From contig DAIDHL010000001.1 in the NCBI GenBank assembly GCA_027459745.1, positions 168,290-232,289 of the forward strand: a stretch of DNA of 64,000 nt, read 5' to 3'. This document shows positions 10,095-20,698 of this stretch, piece by piece. Position 1 is the stretch's first letter. Each line of letters opens with the position of its first letter. The stretch is from Candidatus Levyibacteriota bacterium (GTDB lineage Bacteria; Patescibacteriota; Microgenomatia; Levybacterales; UBA12049). Made by a program: the position numbers and the translations under genes. The notes below the pieces were generated by a model. It worked only from the letters and a program-made list of their open reading frames with translations. It was not told the origin of the DNA and searched no databases.

Positions 10095-10097
10095 AAT

Positions 10098-11747
10098 TTA
10101 ATAATCTTCCAAAGTTGAAATATCTCCGATTGGCTGGCCTAATTCTTTGGCACGTAAGATTCTGCGCATAATTTTACCGCTTCTGGTTTTAGGCAGACGA
10201 TCTATAAACTCTATTTCGCGAGGATATGCATGACCGGCTAAATGAGTCTTAACGAAGTCTGCTAACTCAGATTTAAGTTTTTCGGAGGCCAGTGACTCGT
10301 CTTTCAAAACTACAAAGGCTTTAATAATTTCACCACGAACAACGTCAGGTTTACCAATCACTCCTGCTTCAACCACATCTGGATGTTCAATCAACACACT
10401 TTCAACTTCGAAGGGACCAATGCGTTCTCCAGATGTTTTGATCAAATCGTCTGCCCGCCCTATAAACCAAAAATAGCCTTTCTCGTCCTTTTTGGCTTTG
10501 TCACCCGAAATATACCATTCATCTTTAAAATATGATTTATATTTCTCCTCGTCTTGCCAAATTGTTCGCATAATAGACGGCCAATAGGGTTTGAGACACA
10601 AATTGCCTTCTTCATTGACTACCACCTCTTCCATATTATCATCCATTATTTTTGCTTCTACCCAGGGCAAAGGTTTGCCCATTGATCCGGGATGAATACC
10701 TAGTGAGGGAGTATTGGCAATCATGATAGAACCAGTTTCGGTTTGCCACCAGGTATCATGAAAAAATTTACCAAATACTTTGTTACCCCAAAGGATTGCT
10801 TCAGGATTAAGTGGCTCGCCAACTGAGGCCAAAAAACGTAAACTTGATAGGTCATGTTTTTGTACTAATTCTTCACCTTTAGCCATCAACATGCGGATGG
10901 CTGTAGGAGCTGTATACCATACAGTAACTTTGTGTTTGGCAATTATTTCATACCATTTCTCAGCCTCAAATTTACCACCGTACACGACGGTGGTTATTCC
11001 CAGTGCCCAGTTGCTCAAGATGGAGTAAACAATACCGGTAATCCAGCCGGGATCAGCGGTGCACCAATATACATCATTTGGCTGCAGGTCTAAACATAAT
11101 TTGGCACTGGCAATTTGTTGAATAATTGCATAATGTGCATGTACGATGCCTTTTGGTTTTCCGGTTGTACCCGATGTATAAAGCATAAAAGCATAATCTT
11201 CAGCTTGTGTGTGGGCTGTTTCAAAACTGTCTGATTGAGACTCATATTCAGCTATAAATTCTTCGTTGTCTACAACTAATATAGAACTTAATTCGGATAA
11301 ATCATTTTTAATTTTTTCAACTCTTGGCAATAAATTTTTATTAGTGAAGACAATCTTGCTGCCTGAGTTACTCAATCTATCTTTTAGAGCTTCAGATTCA
11401 AAGGCAGAAAAATATACACTGGCAATAGCTCCAGTTTTCATGATTCCTAAGAAAATATAAAACAACTCGGGGATTCTGGGTAGAAAAATAGAGACTCGAT
11501 CTCCTTTTTTAATACCAATTTGATGTAGATAATTCGCAATTCTATTACTTTTTCTGACCAAACTGAAAAAAGTAATCTCGGTGGTCGTTCCATCTTCTGC
11601 TTCATAAATCAAAGCTGTTTTATTGCCATTGCCTTTTTCAATGTTATGATCCAAGACATTGTAGGCCATATTAAGGCTGCCGTCTTCAAACCAAACTAGC
11701 GAGTCTGGAAGGTTTTGAAAATATTCGGAAGTATATTTATTATCCAT
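10098..11747 (-). CDS. AMP-forming acyl-CoA synthetase (acetyl-CoA synthetase family, short form)
   Basis: YTSGTTGKPKG AMP-binding motif and WWQTETG motif shared with Acs. Confidence 0.8.
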   Translation of the reverse strand: MDNKYTSEYFQNLPDSLVWFEDGSLNMAYNVLDHNIEKGNGNKTALIYEAEDGTTTEITFFSLVRKSNRIANYLHQIGIKKGDRVSIFLPRIPELFYIFLGIMKTGAIASVYFSAFESEALKDRLSNSGSKIVFTNKNLLPRVEKIKNDLSELSSILVVDNEEFIAEYESQSDSFETAHTQAEDYAFMLYTSGTTGKPKGIVHAHYAIIQQIASAKLCLDLQPNDVYWCTADPGWITGIVYSILSNWALGITTVVYGGKFEAEKWYEIIAKHKVTVWYTAPTAIRMLMAKGEELVQKHDLSSLRFLASVGEPLNPEAILWGNKVFGKFFHDTWWQTETGSIMIANTPSLGIHPGSMGKPLPWVEAKIMDDNMEEVVVNEEGNLCLKPYWPSIMRTIWQDEEKYKSYFKDEWYISGDKAKKDEKGYFWFIGRADDLIKTSGERIGPFEVESVLIEHPDVVEAGVIGKPDVVRGEIIKAFVVLKDESLASEKLKSELADFVKTHLAGHAYPREIEFIDRLPKTRSGKIMRRILRAKELGQPIGDISTLEDY

Positions 11748-11802
11748 TGGACTTAAATAGCATAAGTCATTTATAAGTAGTTATGCAAGGTTTTCTTTTT
11801 AT

Positions 11803-11830
11803 TTGACAAATATAATATATATCCTATAAT
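11803..11830 (+). promoter_or_regulatory. near-consensus sigma70 promoter TTGACA-16-TATAAT
   Basis: TTGACA 11803-11808, TATAAT 11825-11830, about 35 nt upstream of the ORF at 11868. Confidence 0.5.
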
Positions 11831-11867
11831 ACCTATTATCTCAGAAAGAATTGAACCAATTGACCCA

Positions 11868-12236
11868 ATGCAAAACGAAATGGCTGGCAGGCCAGTAGTA
11901 AATAATAACTTAAAGCAAGATAAGTTATATCCCTTACATGGAACAGTTTATAGAGTTAGAAGTCCCTTAAAGACTAAAGTACAGGAACTTGCATATGATG
12001 GTGTAGATACAGCCTTGGACATTGCTAATGGTTCTTGGCAAATATCGAAAAATTTATATACAAAATATCCTTATTCTTCATCTATTCTAATTCCACCTGT
12101 AGCAGGAGGAGTAACGGACGCTTTAATCGAAGGCAATCCTGTAAAAGGTTTAGTGGCAGGGGTGGTTGCAGGTGTCGGATTAGTTATGAGACACTGGAAG
12201 CGAAAAACCGATTTGCGAACAATAAAGTTTGATTAA
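11868..12236 (+). CDS. small protein with C-terminal Gly-zipper hydrophobic segment
   Basis: 122-aa ORF preceded by a strong promoter; C-terminal GLVAGVVAGVGLV. Confidence 0.45.
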   Translation: MQNEMAGRPVVNNNLKQDKLYPLHGTVYRVRSPLKTKVQELAYDGVDTALDIANGSWQISKNLYTKYPYSSSILIPPVAGGVTDALIEGNPVKGLVAGVVAGVGLVMRHWKRKTDLRTIKFD

Positions 12237-14545
12237 AGGTTACTTTCTATACGAGCAATTTGTTCTCTTGCCGATTCCACCAGATCAGGCGAAATAGAAA
12301 TACTGCTAATTCCCCAACGGACTAATTTTTCTAACATATCCGGATATAAACTTGGTGCTTGTCCACAAATCGATGAACTCACACTATGTTTTTTACAAAT
12401 TTTTAAGACATGCTCAAATGCCCAAAGCATAGCTTCATTTCGTTCGTCAAATTCATGTGCTACCTCACTATTATCCCTATCAGTGCCAAGCATTAGAGTT
12501 GTTAAATTATCGGAACCAATTGAAACCCCATCTAGTCCAACCTCGATAAATTTTTCTAATAAAATCACATTACTTGGAATCTCACACATCATGTAGAGTT
12601 TAAAACTCGGGCTCCTATATAATCCGGCTGAGGCTATTATCTTTTTAACTTCTATCAGTTCACGTACATTCCGCACAAAAGGTACCATAAGCCAAAGATT
12701 TTTTAAGCCCATTTTATTACGCACAATTTTTATTGCTTCCAATTCCATATAGAAAACTTGGGGATCATGAATATAGCGAAAAGCTCCTCGATAGCCAATT
12801 AAGGGGTTTTCTTCTGTTAGTTCATAAGTTTTACCTCCAATTAAATTTCTATATTCATTGCTTTTAAAATCACTAGCCTTATATATTACTGGCCTTTGTC
12901 CAAAATTTCGACAGACATTTTCTAGCTGCCCCGCCAATTTAGCAATATACTCCTTTTGAGTGCCATCTTGAAGAATTTTTTTTGGGTGAATCCCTATACT
13001 TGTTATCATGGATTCTGCTTTTAACAATCCAACTCCGTCTACATCTTTCTGTGCAACTTTATCCGAATTCACTGTTTCTGATAGATTTACATAAACTTTG
13101 GTGGCAGTTTGGAGATGCTTTGGAGTAAGCAGCTCTTTTTTTTGATCTCCGTTGATAAATCCTCCAGAATAAACTTCTCCTAGCGTGCCGTTTACGGTTA
13201 CGACTTGTCCATTTTTCAAGGTTTTTATTGCATTTTCTATACCTGTAATGGCAGGAATGCCTATTTCTTTTGAAACAATAGATGCGAGAGAAGTGTGACC
13301 ACCGATTTGGCTAACAATCGCGTTAGCTTTTTTCATAGCACGCGAATAATCTTGATTCGTATGGTTGACCACTAATACTTCACCTGGTGTGACACTTGAA
13401 ACGTCATGAGAATTTTGTAATATTTTTACTGGACCAGAAGCTATGCCTGGAGAAGCAGGCGCTCCTTTAAGTAATAATCCACCATGCCGCACAGAAGGCT
13501 CATTTGCTTTTTCACTTTTGGCTTTAGAGAATGTTGTAATGGGGCGTGTTTGCACAATGTAAATTTTTCCATCTTCAATAGCCCATTCGCATTCTTGCGG
13601 GAAATAGTAATGATGTTCAAGCTTTTTACCAATTTCAGCCAGTTGGATAATTTCTTCATCTGTTATTTTTTGCTGATTTCCGATAGGAGTAGTTAACTTA
13701 ATTATTCTATTCTCAAAGCTAACTTTTTTTAACATTTTGTCCTGAATTTGAACTTTTTTTTGTAGAATGTAGTAATTCTTTTTATCTATTTCGTAATGAT
13801 CGGGTGTGATTTGTCCTTGTGTGATCATTCCACCCAAACCATAAATCGCTTCAATAACAATTTTATTTTTGTCGTTGGTGATTGGATCAACTGTAAACAT
13901 GTGACCAGATTTATCTGACTCAATCATGTGCTGAACAATAACAGCCATACCTATGCGAAAGTGATCAAAATTCTTTTCATGACGATAAAATATAGTTCTA
14001 GCATCAAATAATGAGGCCCAGCATTCCTTTATTTTTAACAACACATTACTATATCCTTTGATATTTAAATAAGTATTCTGCTGACCTGCCAGTGAAGCTA
14101 AGGGTAAGTCTTTGGTTGTTGCCGAAGAGCGAACTGCAACTTGTTTTTGTTTAAAGAGTCCGCTTAACTTAGAGTAAGACTGTGTAATATCTTCAATCAA
14201 TTCTTTAGATTGTTGAGCTTCTAAAATAAGCTTTTTGATATGTTCAGAGACTTGGGCAGTTGATTCAGGGCGATCATAGTTAATTGTCGACAGTAAGTGT
14301 TTAATTTTTTCAGATAATCGATTTTCTCGCAAAAAATTGAAATAAGCATGAGAGGAAACGATAAAGCCATTAGGTACTGAAAAGCCTGCTGAAGTAATTT
14401 CCCCTAAATTTGCGCCTTTTTCCCCGACTAAATAAACATCTTCTTTATCAACTTCCGAAAACCATAGTACAAGATTAGTCGAATGGGCAGACATGTCTCT
14501 ATTATTACTGTATGTGCCTTGAGTTGCAAGTATTTTTATTGACAT
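12233..14545 (-). CDS. ppsA: phosphoenolpyruvate synthase / pyruvate, water dikinase
   Basis: N-terminal PEP/pyruvate-binding domain, central phosphohistidine swivel domain GGHTSLASIVSKEIGIPAITG, C-terminal PEP-utilising TIM-barrel. Confidence 0.85.
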   Translation of the reverse strand: MSIKILATQGTYSNNRDMSAHSTNLVLWFSEVDKEDVYLVGEKGANLGEITSAGFSVPNGFIVSSHAYFNFLRENRLSEKIKHLLSTINYDRPESTAQVSEHIKKLILEAQQSKELIEDITQSYSKLSGLFKQKQVAVRSSATTKDLPLASLAGQQNTYLNIKGYSNVLLKIKECWASLFDARTIFYRHEKNFDHFRIGMAVIVQHMIESDKSGHMFTVDPITNDKNKIVIEAIYGLGGMITQGQITPDHYEIDKKNYYILQKKVQIQDKMLKKVSFENRIIKLTTPIGNQQKITDEEIIQLAEIGKKLEHHYYFPQECEWAIEDGKIYIVQTRPITTFSKAKSEKANEPSVRHGGLLLKGAPASPGIASGPVKILQNSHDVSSVTPGEVLVVNHTNQDYSRAMKKANAIVSQIGGHTSLASIVSKEIGIPAITGIENAIKTLKNGQVVTVNGTLGEVYSGGFINGDQKKELLTPKHLQTATKVYVNLSETVNSDKVAQKDVDGVGLLKAESMITSIGIHPKKILQDGTQKEYIAKLAGQLENVCRNFGQRPVIYKASDFKSNEYRNLIGGKTYELTEENPLIGYRGAFRYIHDPQVFYMELEAIKIVRNKMGLKNLWLMVPFVRNVRELIEVKKIIASAGLYRSPSFKLYMMCEIPSNVILLEKFIEVGLDGVSIGSDNLTTLMLGTDRDNSEVAHEFDERNEAMLWAFEHVLKICKKHSVSSSICGQAPSLYPDMLEKLVRWGISSISISPDLVESAREQIARIESNL

Positions 14546-14578
14546 AAAGTCTAATGAAGTTTATAGTATGTAGAGTTT

Positions 14579-15331
14579 ATGGACGAGCAGACCAAACAAA
14601 AATATCATCAGCTTTTCCTTCAATCAGCCAAGCAATATTTATTCAGTTTTAATACTAATCTAGAAAATTATTTACGTAGTCAGACAGAACAAGCTGCTGT
14701 CGAGCAAATGTTTATTGCAGTGCATTCTATCAGAAGCCAATGCAACGTAATGGGATATCGTGATTTAGGCAACGAGTGCGCTGAGGTTGAGCAAATGCTA
14801 AGACCGCTTAGGGATTCTTCTACCCCGTTGACTTCTGAACAACTGAATTATCTACAGGATAGAGGTAAAAAAATCAATTTGATGTTAGGATCAATTGCCA
14901 TACCAAATACTGAGGTCTTAGTAAATGACCAACAACAAGGCCAGGAATCTCCAGTACAAAATAAAAAAATACTACTGGTTGAAGATGATCATTTTTTTCA
15001 ACAGTTCTATGCTTATAAGTTAAAGCAGAGTGGTTTTATAGTAGAAGAGGCCGCTAACGGTGATGAAGGAATAAAAAAACTAACTACTTTTTTGCCTAAT
15101 ATAGTTTTGTTGGATTTGATTATGCCTGTGAAAGATGGCTTCGAGTTTTTAGCTGAGAAGAAACAGTCTGAATCACAACAAATTGTAAATATTCCAGTGA
15201 TTATTTTTTCAACTCTAGGACAGGAAAAGGATATTCAAAGAGCTAAAGATTTAGGAGCCAATGACTATGTAAATAAGAGTTTTTTTGATTACTCCACACT
15301 TATTCAAAAAGTCCAGCAATTTTTAGGTTAA
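14579..15331 (+). CDS. Hpt-like / receiver (REC) domain response regulator
   Basis: C-terminal REC (KKILLVEDD...LLDLIMPVKDGFEFL...ANDYVNK); N-terminal 110 aa has an Hpt-like AVHSIRSQ (HxxKG-like) helix. Confidence 0.65.
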   Translation: MDEQTKQKYHQLFLQSAKQYLFSFNTNLENYLRSQTEQAAVEQMFIAVHSIRSQCNVMGYRDLGNECAEVEQMLRPLRDSSTPLTSEQLNYLQDRGKKINLMLGSIAIPNTEVLVNDQQQGQESPVQNKKILLVEDDHFFQQFYAYKLKQSGFIVEEAANGDEGIKKLTTFLPNIVLLDLIMPVKDGFEFLAEKKQSESQQIVNIPVIIFSTLGQEKDIQRAKDLGANDYVNKSFFDYSTLIQKVQQFLG

Positions 15332-15440
15332 GATAGATATTGGGTTAGAGTTCAGCCTTCTTTAAACACCTTGTATATACTCTTTTATATTTACTTATTA
15401 TTTAGATCTCCTCTGGTGACAATTTCAGCAATTTGTTATT

Positions 15441-17150
15441 ATGAATATAGCTTTATCAAACCTGCCTATGATCATAAGTGATGTTACGCTTAAAGAAATC
15501 ATTCTGCAAACCAAACTGTTAGATGAGAAAAAAATTGATGAGATGCTGGATTTTGCTAAAAATACACATATCAGTTTGGCAGATGCATTAGTAGAAAAAG
15601 ACTTAATTTCAGATGAGAATCTGGGAATCCTTATTTCTGATGCGCTTAAAATTCCATTCATCGTTTTGTCCAAAATAGTATTAGATCCACAAGTAGCCCG
15701 AATTATCCCTGAACGTATAGCTCTCAAACATCATACCATTCCCTTTGCCATCGAAAATCAAACGGTTAAGATCGCTATGTCTGACCCATCAGATAAAGGT
15801 ATCCAGGACATCATTGCAAGAAAAACCAACATGCAGGTGATAGCATATTTAGCCACAGAAAGAGATATTTATGCCTCACTGCGTATTTATCAGAAAAATT
15901 TGCAAAAGTCGTTTGACGAATTAATCGAAGACGAAGTTAGAAAAAGTGGCCATGTAAAAAATGACGCGCCTATAGCTAAGATTGTTGACTTAGTTATTCG
16001 CTATGCCTATCAGGATCGCGCGTCGGATATCCATATTGAACCGGAAGAGTTAAATTCTTTAGTTCGTTTTCGTGTCGATGGCATTTTACATGATGTCTTG
16101 TTTTTACCTAAATCTTTACATGACCAGGTTATCAGTAGAATTAAAGTATTATCACGTTTAAGGACTGATGAGCATTTAGGTCCGCAAGACGGGAAAATGC
16201 GAGCTAAGTTAGAAGAGGAAGATTTAGATATTCGTGTATCTATCCTTCCAGTCGTAGATGGTGAAAAAGCTGTTTTGCGTTTACTTGCCTCGAGATTTCG
16301 CAACTTTTCTTTGCTTGATTTAGGCATGACGGAAGAAGATTTAAAAATTGTCACTGATGGATTCAATAAGTCATTTGGTATGGTTTTATCTACTGGACCT
16401 ACGGGTTCAGGTAAAACGACATCTATTTACTCTATTTTAAAGATTTTAAATATTCGAGAGAAAAATATTACAACCATTGAGGATCCTGTGGAGTATCGTA
16501 TCAAAGGTGTAAATCAAATTCACGTAAATCCGAAATCGGGTTTAACTTTTGCCGATGGATTACGTTCTATTTTGCGTCAAGATCCCAATATCGTTTTTGT
16601 CGGTGAAATTCGTGACAATGAAACTGCGGAAATCGCGGTAAATGCAGCTTTAACCGGACATCTAGTTCTTTCTACACTTCACACCAATGATGCCGCAACT
16701 ACCTTACCTCGTTTGACAGACATGGGAGTTGAACCTTTCCTAGTAGCCTCAACTGTAAATGTGATTTTTGCACAAAGGTTGGTGCGTAAAATTTGTGAAA
16801 TGTGTAAAACGTCTGTTACAGTTGAAAGAAAGAAGCTTATAGAACATATTTCTGAGGGAGAAATTTCCAAGTTTTTCCCTGCCAATCAGCAGATCATGCT
16901 TTATCAAGGAGCAGGCTGTAAGGTTTGTCATAATACTGGGTATGAAGGAAGAATTGGAGTGTTTGAAGTTTTAAAAGTAACAAAAAACATTCGTGATTAT
17001 ATTTCGCAAAAAAAAGATGCCGATTTTATTCAACGTGTAGCCGTTGAAGAGGGTATGAGAACCATGCTAGAAGATGGGTTGTCCAAAGTAGCTAGAGGTT
17101 TAACTACAATTGAAGAAGTATTACGCGTAACCAAGGTTGAATCAGAATGA
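15441..17150 (+). CDS. pilB: type IV pilus assembly ATPase PilB (GspE family)
   Basis: GspE-N domain, Walker A GPTGSGKTTS, tetracysteine motif CEMCK...CKVCHNTGYEGRIGVFEV. Confidence 0.9.
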   Translation: MNIALSNLPMIISDVTLKEIILQTKLLDEKKIDEMLDFAKNTHISLADALVEKDLISDENLGILISDALKIPFIVLSKIVLDPQVARIIPERIALKHHTIPFAIENQTVKIAMSDPSDKGIQDIIARKTNMQVIAYLATERDIYASLRIYQKNLQKSFDELIEDEVRKSGHVKNDAPIAKIVDLVIRYAYQDRASDIHIEPEELNSLVRFRVDGILHDVLFLPKSLHDQVISRIKVLSRLRTDEHLGPQDGKMRAKLEEEDLDIRVSILPVVDGEKAVLRLLASRFRNFSLLDLGMTEEDLKIVTDGFNKSFGMVLSTGPTGSGKTTSIYSILKILNIREKNITTIEDPVEYRIKGVNQIHVNPKSGLTFADGLRSILRQDPNIVFVGEIRDNETAEIAVNAALTGHLVLSTLHTNDAATTLPRLTDMGVEPFLVASTVNVIFAQRLVRKICEMCKTSVTVERKKLIEHISEGEISKFFPANQQIMLYQGAGCKVCHNTGYEGRIGVFEVLKVTKNIRDYISQKKDADFIQRVAVEEGMRTMLEDGLSKVARGLTTIEEVLRVTKVESE

Positions 17151-18202
17151 AACTAGCAGATATATCAATATCAACAAATGAAGAGATAAATTTAATTAGC
17201 AACATGTCTACCATGTTGAAGGCTGGTATTCCGATTATAGAAGTCATAGACTCGCTTTTAGAAGATTCAAAAGGACATCTCAAAATTGTTTTAGAAACAC
17301 TGCGTGCTGATTTGATGCAGGGTAAAAGAATTTATACATCTTTCTCCAAATTCCCTAAGATCTTCGATAGTGTAACAATTAATCTTATTCGTGCAAGTGA
17401 AGAAGCTGGGACGCTAGATGTTTCTTTGGAAGATTTAAAAATAAACATTCAAAAACAAATGGAATTTAATGATCAGATAAGAGGGGCTATGATTTATCCT
17501 GTTTTTATTATATTTGTCTTTTTTAGCGTGATGATAGTGATATTAATTGTAGTTATCCCTAAAATTTCCACCGTATTTTCTAGTTTGGGGGCTACCTTGC
17601 CTTTGCCAACGCAGATTATGATTACAGCCTCAAATTTTTTGCTTAAAAATACGCTTGAAGCTGTTACTAGCGCTGTTTTAATAACAGCTTTTATTCTTTA
17701 TATGATTCGTAAACAGAAAAAATTCTTAATAAGAATGCTCTTAAGTCTTCCTGTTATCTCCAAACTTGGTAAAGAAATAGATATTGCCCGTTTTACCCGG
17801 AGTTTGTATTTGTTACTTAATTCTGGTTTACCCATAGGCAGTGCTTTAGCGTTGGCAGGTTCAGTGGTAAATAAAAAAGATGTTGCACTGGCCATTGAGC
17901 ATTCCAGACAAGTTGTTTTAGCGGGTAAAAATTTATCCGAAGGGTTTAAATCTCATAAAGATATTTTTCCCAGTATGATTATTAAAATTACTGAGGCAGG
18001 GGAGAGAAGTGGTTCCTTAGATAAATCTATGCAGGATGCCTCGATTTATCTGGATTATCAAGTTTCACAGACCCTGAAAACAGTAACAGCATTAATAGAG
18101 CCTGTGATGTTGGTAGTAGTTGGTTTGTTAATTGGTGGCATGATGTTAGCGATCATTGCGCCAATGTACGGAATGATCAGCCAGATCAGCAACCCGCAGT
18201 AA
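17147..18202 (+). CDS. pilC: type IV pilus platform protein PilC (GspF family)
   Basis: Two GspF-like repeats, polytopic membrane protein, coupled to the pilB stop. Confidence 0.8.
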   Translation: MKLADISISTNEEINLISNMSTMLKAGIPIIEVIDSLLEDSKGHLKIVLETLRADLMQGKRIYTSFSKFPKIFDSVTINLIRASEEAGTLDVSLEDLKINIQKQMEFNDQIRGAMIYPVFIIFVFFSVMIVILIVVIPKISTVFSSLGATLPLPTQIMITASNFLLKNTLEAVTSAVLITAFILYMIRKQKKFLIRMLLSLPVISKLGKEIDIARFTRSLYLLLNSGLPIGSALALAGSVVNKKDVALAIEHSRQVVLAGKNLSEGFKSHKDIFPSMIIKITEAGERSGSLDKSMQDASIYLDYQVSQTLKTVTALIEPVMLVVVGLLIGGMMLAIIAPMYGMISQISNPQ

Positions 18203-18213
18203 TCCTTAAATTT

Positions 18214-18699
18214 ATGACAAGGAATGTACAAAAAGGTTTTACTATTATCGAACTAGTTGTTGTAGTAGTTCTTTTTATAACAATTTCCGCTTTTGTTACG
18301 ACTAATTTAATTGGTGCGCAGCATAGTGCAAGTCTTTCAACTGCCATGTCCATTTTGGTGGCAGATATTAAAAATCAACAAAGTTTGGCTTTGACGGGCA
18401 AGAATAGTTTGGGTTCGAATGGTAATTACTTTGGAGTTCATTTTGATACTAATTCTTATACATTGTTTAGTGGATCTGTCTATAATCCTTCAGGTTCTAA
18501 TAATCAAACAATAAATTTAGATCCTGAGTTTCAGTTCACCAATATTACGCTTACCAATGATAATCTGATTTTTATTCCATTAAATGGTGAAGTATATGGT
18601 TACAGCTCTAACACAAACTCAGTTGAGTTACTGGATACTGTAAGTAATCAACAAAAAATTCTGCAGTTTAATTATTTAGGAGTAATTACAAATGATTAA
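18214..18699 (+). CDS. prepilin-type N-terminal cleavage/methylation domain protein (minor pilin)
   Basis: QKG|FTIIELVVVVVLFITI class-III signal peptide with Glu+5. Confidence 0.7.
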   Translation: MTRNVQKGFTIIELVVVVVLFITISAFVTTNLIGAQHSASLSTAMSILVADIKNQQSLALTGKNSLGSNGNYFGVHFDTNSYTLFSGSVYNPSGSNNQTINLDPEFQFTNITLTNDNLIFIPLNGEVYGYSSNTNSVELLDTVSNQQKILQFNYLGVITND

Positions 18700-20698
18700 A
18701 ATGAAAGGACAAACTTTAGTCGAATTATTAGTCACAATCGGCTTGGCAGCTATTTTGTTGCCAGCACTACTTGTTGGATCTTATGCATCCAACAGTGGTC
18801 GTGCACAAAATGAGCAACATATTCAGGCTTACACCATGATTCAGGCTATGGAGGAAGAAATGCGGAGTATTCGTGAGGGCAGCTGGTCAGCTATAGCAAA
18901 TGATGGAACTTATTATATAAAAAATGCCGGAACAACCTGGACTTTAGCTTCTGGTACACTCACTGCTAACGGCTTTACCCAGCAGGTAGTAATAGGAGAT
19001 GTATACCGTAATAGCTCAGGTAATATTACCACGTCGGGTGGAACGATAGATCCTTCGACTAAGTCCATAACAATTACAGTTTCTTGGAATTATCCTTATC
19101 CTTCTTCAAGCTCAGAAACATTTTACCTAACTCGATATCTTAATAATTATTCTAAAATTGATACGAGTGTCACCGATTTTAATGTCGGTACTTTGATAGG
19201 TACTGCAGTTACTAATACCAATGGTGGTGAAGTCACTTTGGGTAATGGAGGAAATGCGGACTGGTGCAAACCACAAGATTCCCTGATAAACACTTTAACT
19301 ATGCCCAAACAAGCTAATACCATTATGGCACTCCCTGGAGAAGCATACGTAGGAACAGGGGACGGAACTTCAGGGGTAACATTCGTTAATGTCGGCATCA
19401 CACAACCTTTGCCTCCAGCTACACCTTCAGCTTCGATTGTAGGGACGTATTCAAGTAGCTACAAAACAAATGCTATCTTTTCAGACGGAAGATATGTTTA
19501 CTTAGCTACAGATGGATCTGCTCAACAGGTATTGATTTTGGATACTTCTTCTACCCCGTATAGCGTAATTGGAACTATATCAGTTCCAAGTGGAGTAGGG
19601 GCAAATGGTGTATATGTTTATAATAATACAGCTTATGTTACTAGTTCCAACAAGCTGTATACTTTTGATGTTACTACCAAAACAGGTGCCCATACTACCC
19701 CTTTGACATCCATAACAATGTATTTTAGCTTTTTTAGTCCTAATCCATTGGCAAAGCAGGTTGTAGTGTCTAATGGGTATGCTTTCGTAGGAACGGCAAA
19801 CACTCTATTTGGGTTGCAGAAATTTAAAATAATTAACAATGGTTCGTCTTTAGGTTTAGTTGGGGTATCTAATTTCACATGGAATCAATCATCTGAGGGA
19901 TTGGCTGTCAACAGTGACGGAACAAGAGCTTATATAGCTTTTGACAAAGGTAGCGGCTTTGGTGCATTATTTCCAGATGGCTTTTTTATAGTCGATACTT
20001 CCTATCCGGATCAAGGCTCTTGGTGGTCCCAGTTTTTTCCTAATTTTTATAACATAATTGGAACCTATAATTCAGGAGCTACCGATCCGGATGGCATGGC
20101 AATTGCCGCATCAAACAGAGCCATATTAGTAGGAAATGGCGGATCACAACAATATCAGGTTATAGATACATCCAATGAAGCTCATCCTGTTTTATGTGGA
20201 GGTATGAGTTTTTCACAAGGAATATTTGGTGTTTCTACCGTATTACAGTCTAATGGTTATGCGTACTCTTACATAATTTCAGGTGAAAGTAAAGATCAGT
20301 TTAAAATTATCGAAGGAGGAGTAGGAGGATCATATTCAGATTCTGGCACTTACGAATCTAAAACTTTTGATGCTAGTGCGCAGGCAGCATTTAATAGTGT
20401 GTACGTAGATATTAGCCAGCCTCCTTTAACTCAAATAAAAATGCAGGTTGGTGTAACAAATCCTGTGAGCGGAAGCTGCGGCAATGTTCCTTCTTTTACA
20501 TATGTAGGGCCAAATGGAGACCCAACACAGTATTTTACCTCATCTTCCTCAGCTATCATGGCACCCATACCGATTGGTTCATATGGAGCAAATTATGCTA
20601 ATCCAGGTCAGTGTTATCGTTATAAACTTTGGCTTTCAACTAATAGTCTGACTCAATTACCAGTAGTTTACGATGTGTCGACTAATTACTCACTATGA
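18692..20698 (+). CDS. large (668 aa) prepilin-like protein, putative pilus-tip/adhesin subunit
   Basis: MKG|QTLVELLVTIGLAAILL prepilin N-terminus followed by about 630 aa of S/T/G/N/Y-rich sequence. Confidence 0.6.
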   Translation: MIKMKGQTLVELLVTIGLAAILLPALLVGSYASNSGRAQNEQHIQAYTMIQAMEEEMRSIREGSWSAIANDGTYYIKNAGTTWTLASGTLTANGFTQQVVIGDVYRNSSGNITTSGGTIDPSTKSITITVSWNYPYPSSSSETFYLTRYLNNYSKIDTSVTDFNVGTLIGTAVTNTNGGEVTLGNGGNADWCKPQDSLINTLTMPKQANTIMALPGEAYVGTGDGTSGVTFVNVGITQPLPPATPSASIVGTYSSSYKTNAIFSDGRYVYLATDGSAQQVLILDTSSTPYSVIGTISVPSGVGANGVYVYNNTAYVTSSNKLYTFDVTTKTGAHTTPLTSITMYFSFFSPNPLAKQVVVSNGYAFVGTANTLFGLQKFKIINNGSSLGLVGVSNFTWNQSSEGLAVNSDGTRAYIAFDKGSGFGALFPDGFFIVDTSYPDQGSWWSQFFPNFYNIIGTYNSGATDPDGMAIAASNRAILVGNGGSQQYQVIDTSNEAHPVLCGGMSFSQGIFGVSTVLQSNGYAYSYIISGESKDQFKIIEGGVGGSYSDSGTYESKTFDASAQAAFNSVYVDISQPPLTQIKMQVGVTNPVSGSCGNVPSFTYVGPNGDPTQYFTSSSSAIMAPIPIGSYGANYANPGQCYRYKLWLSTNSLTQLPVVYDVSTNYSL

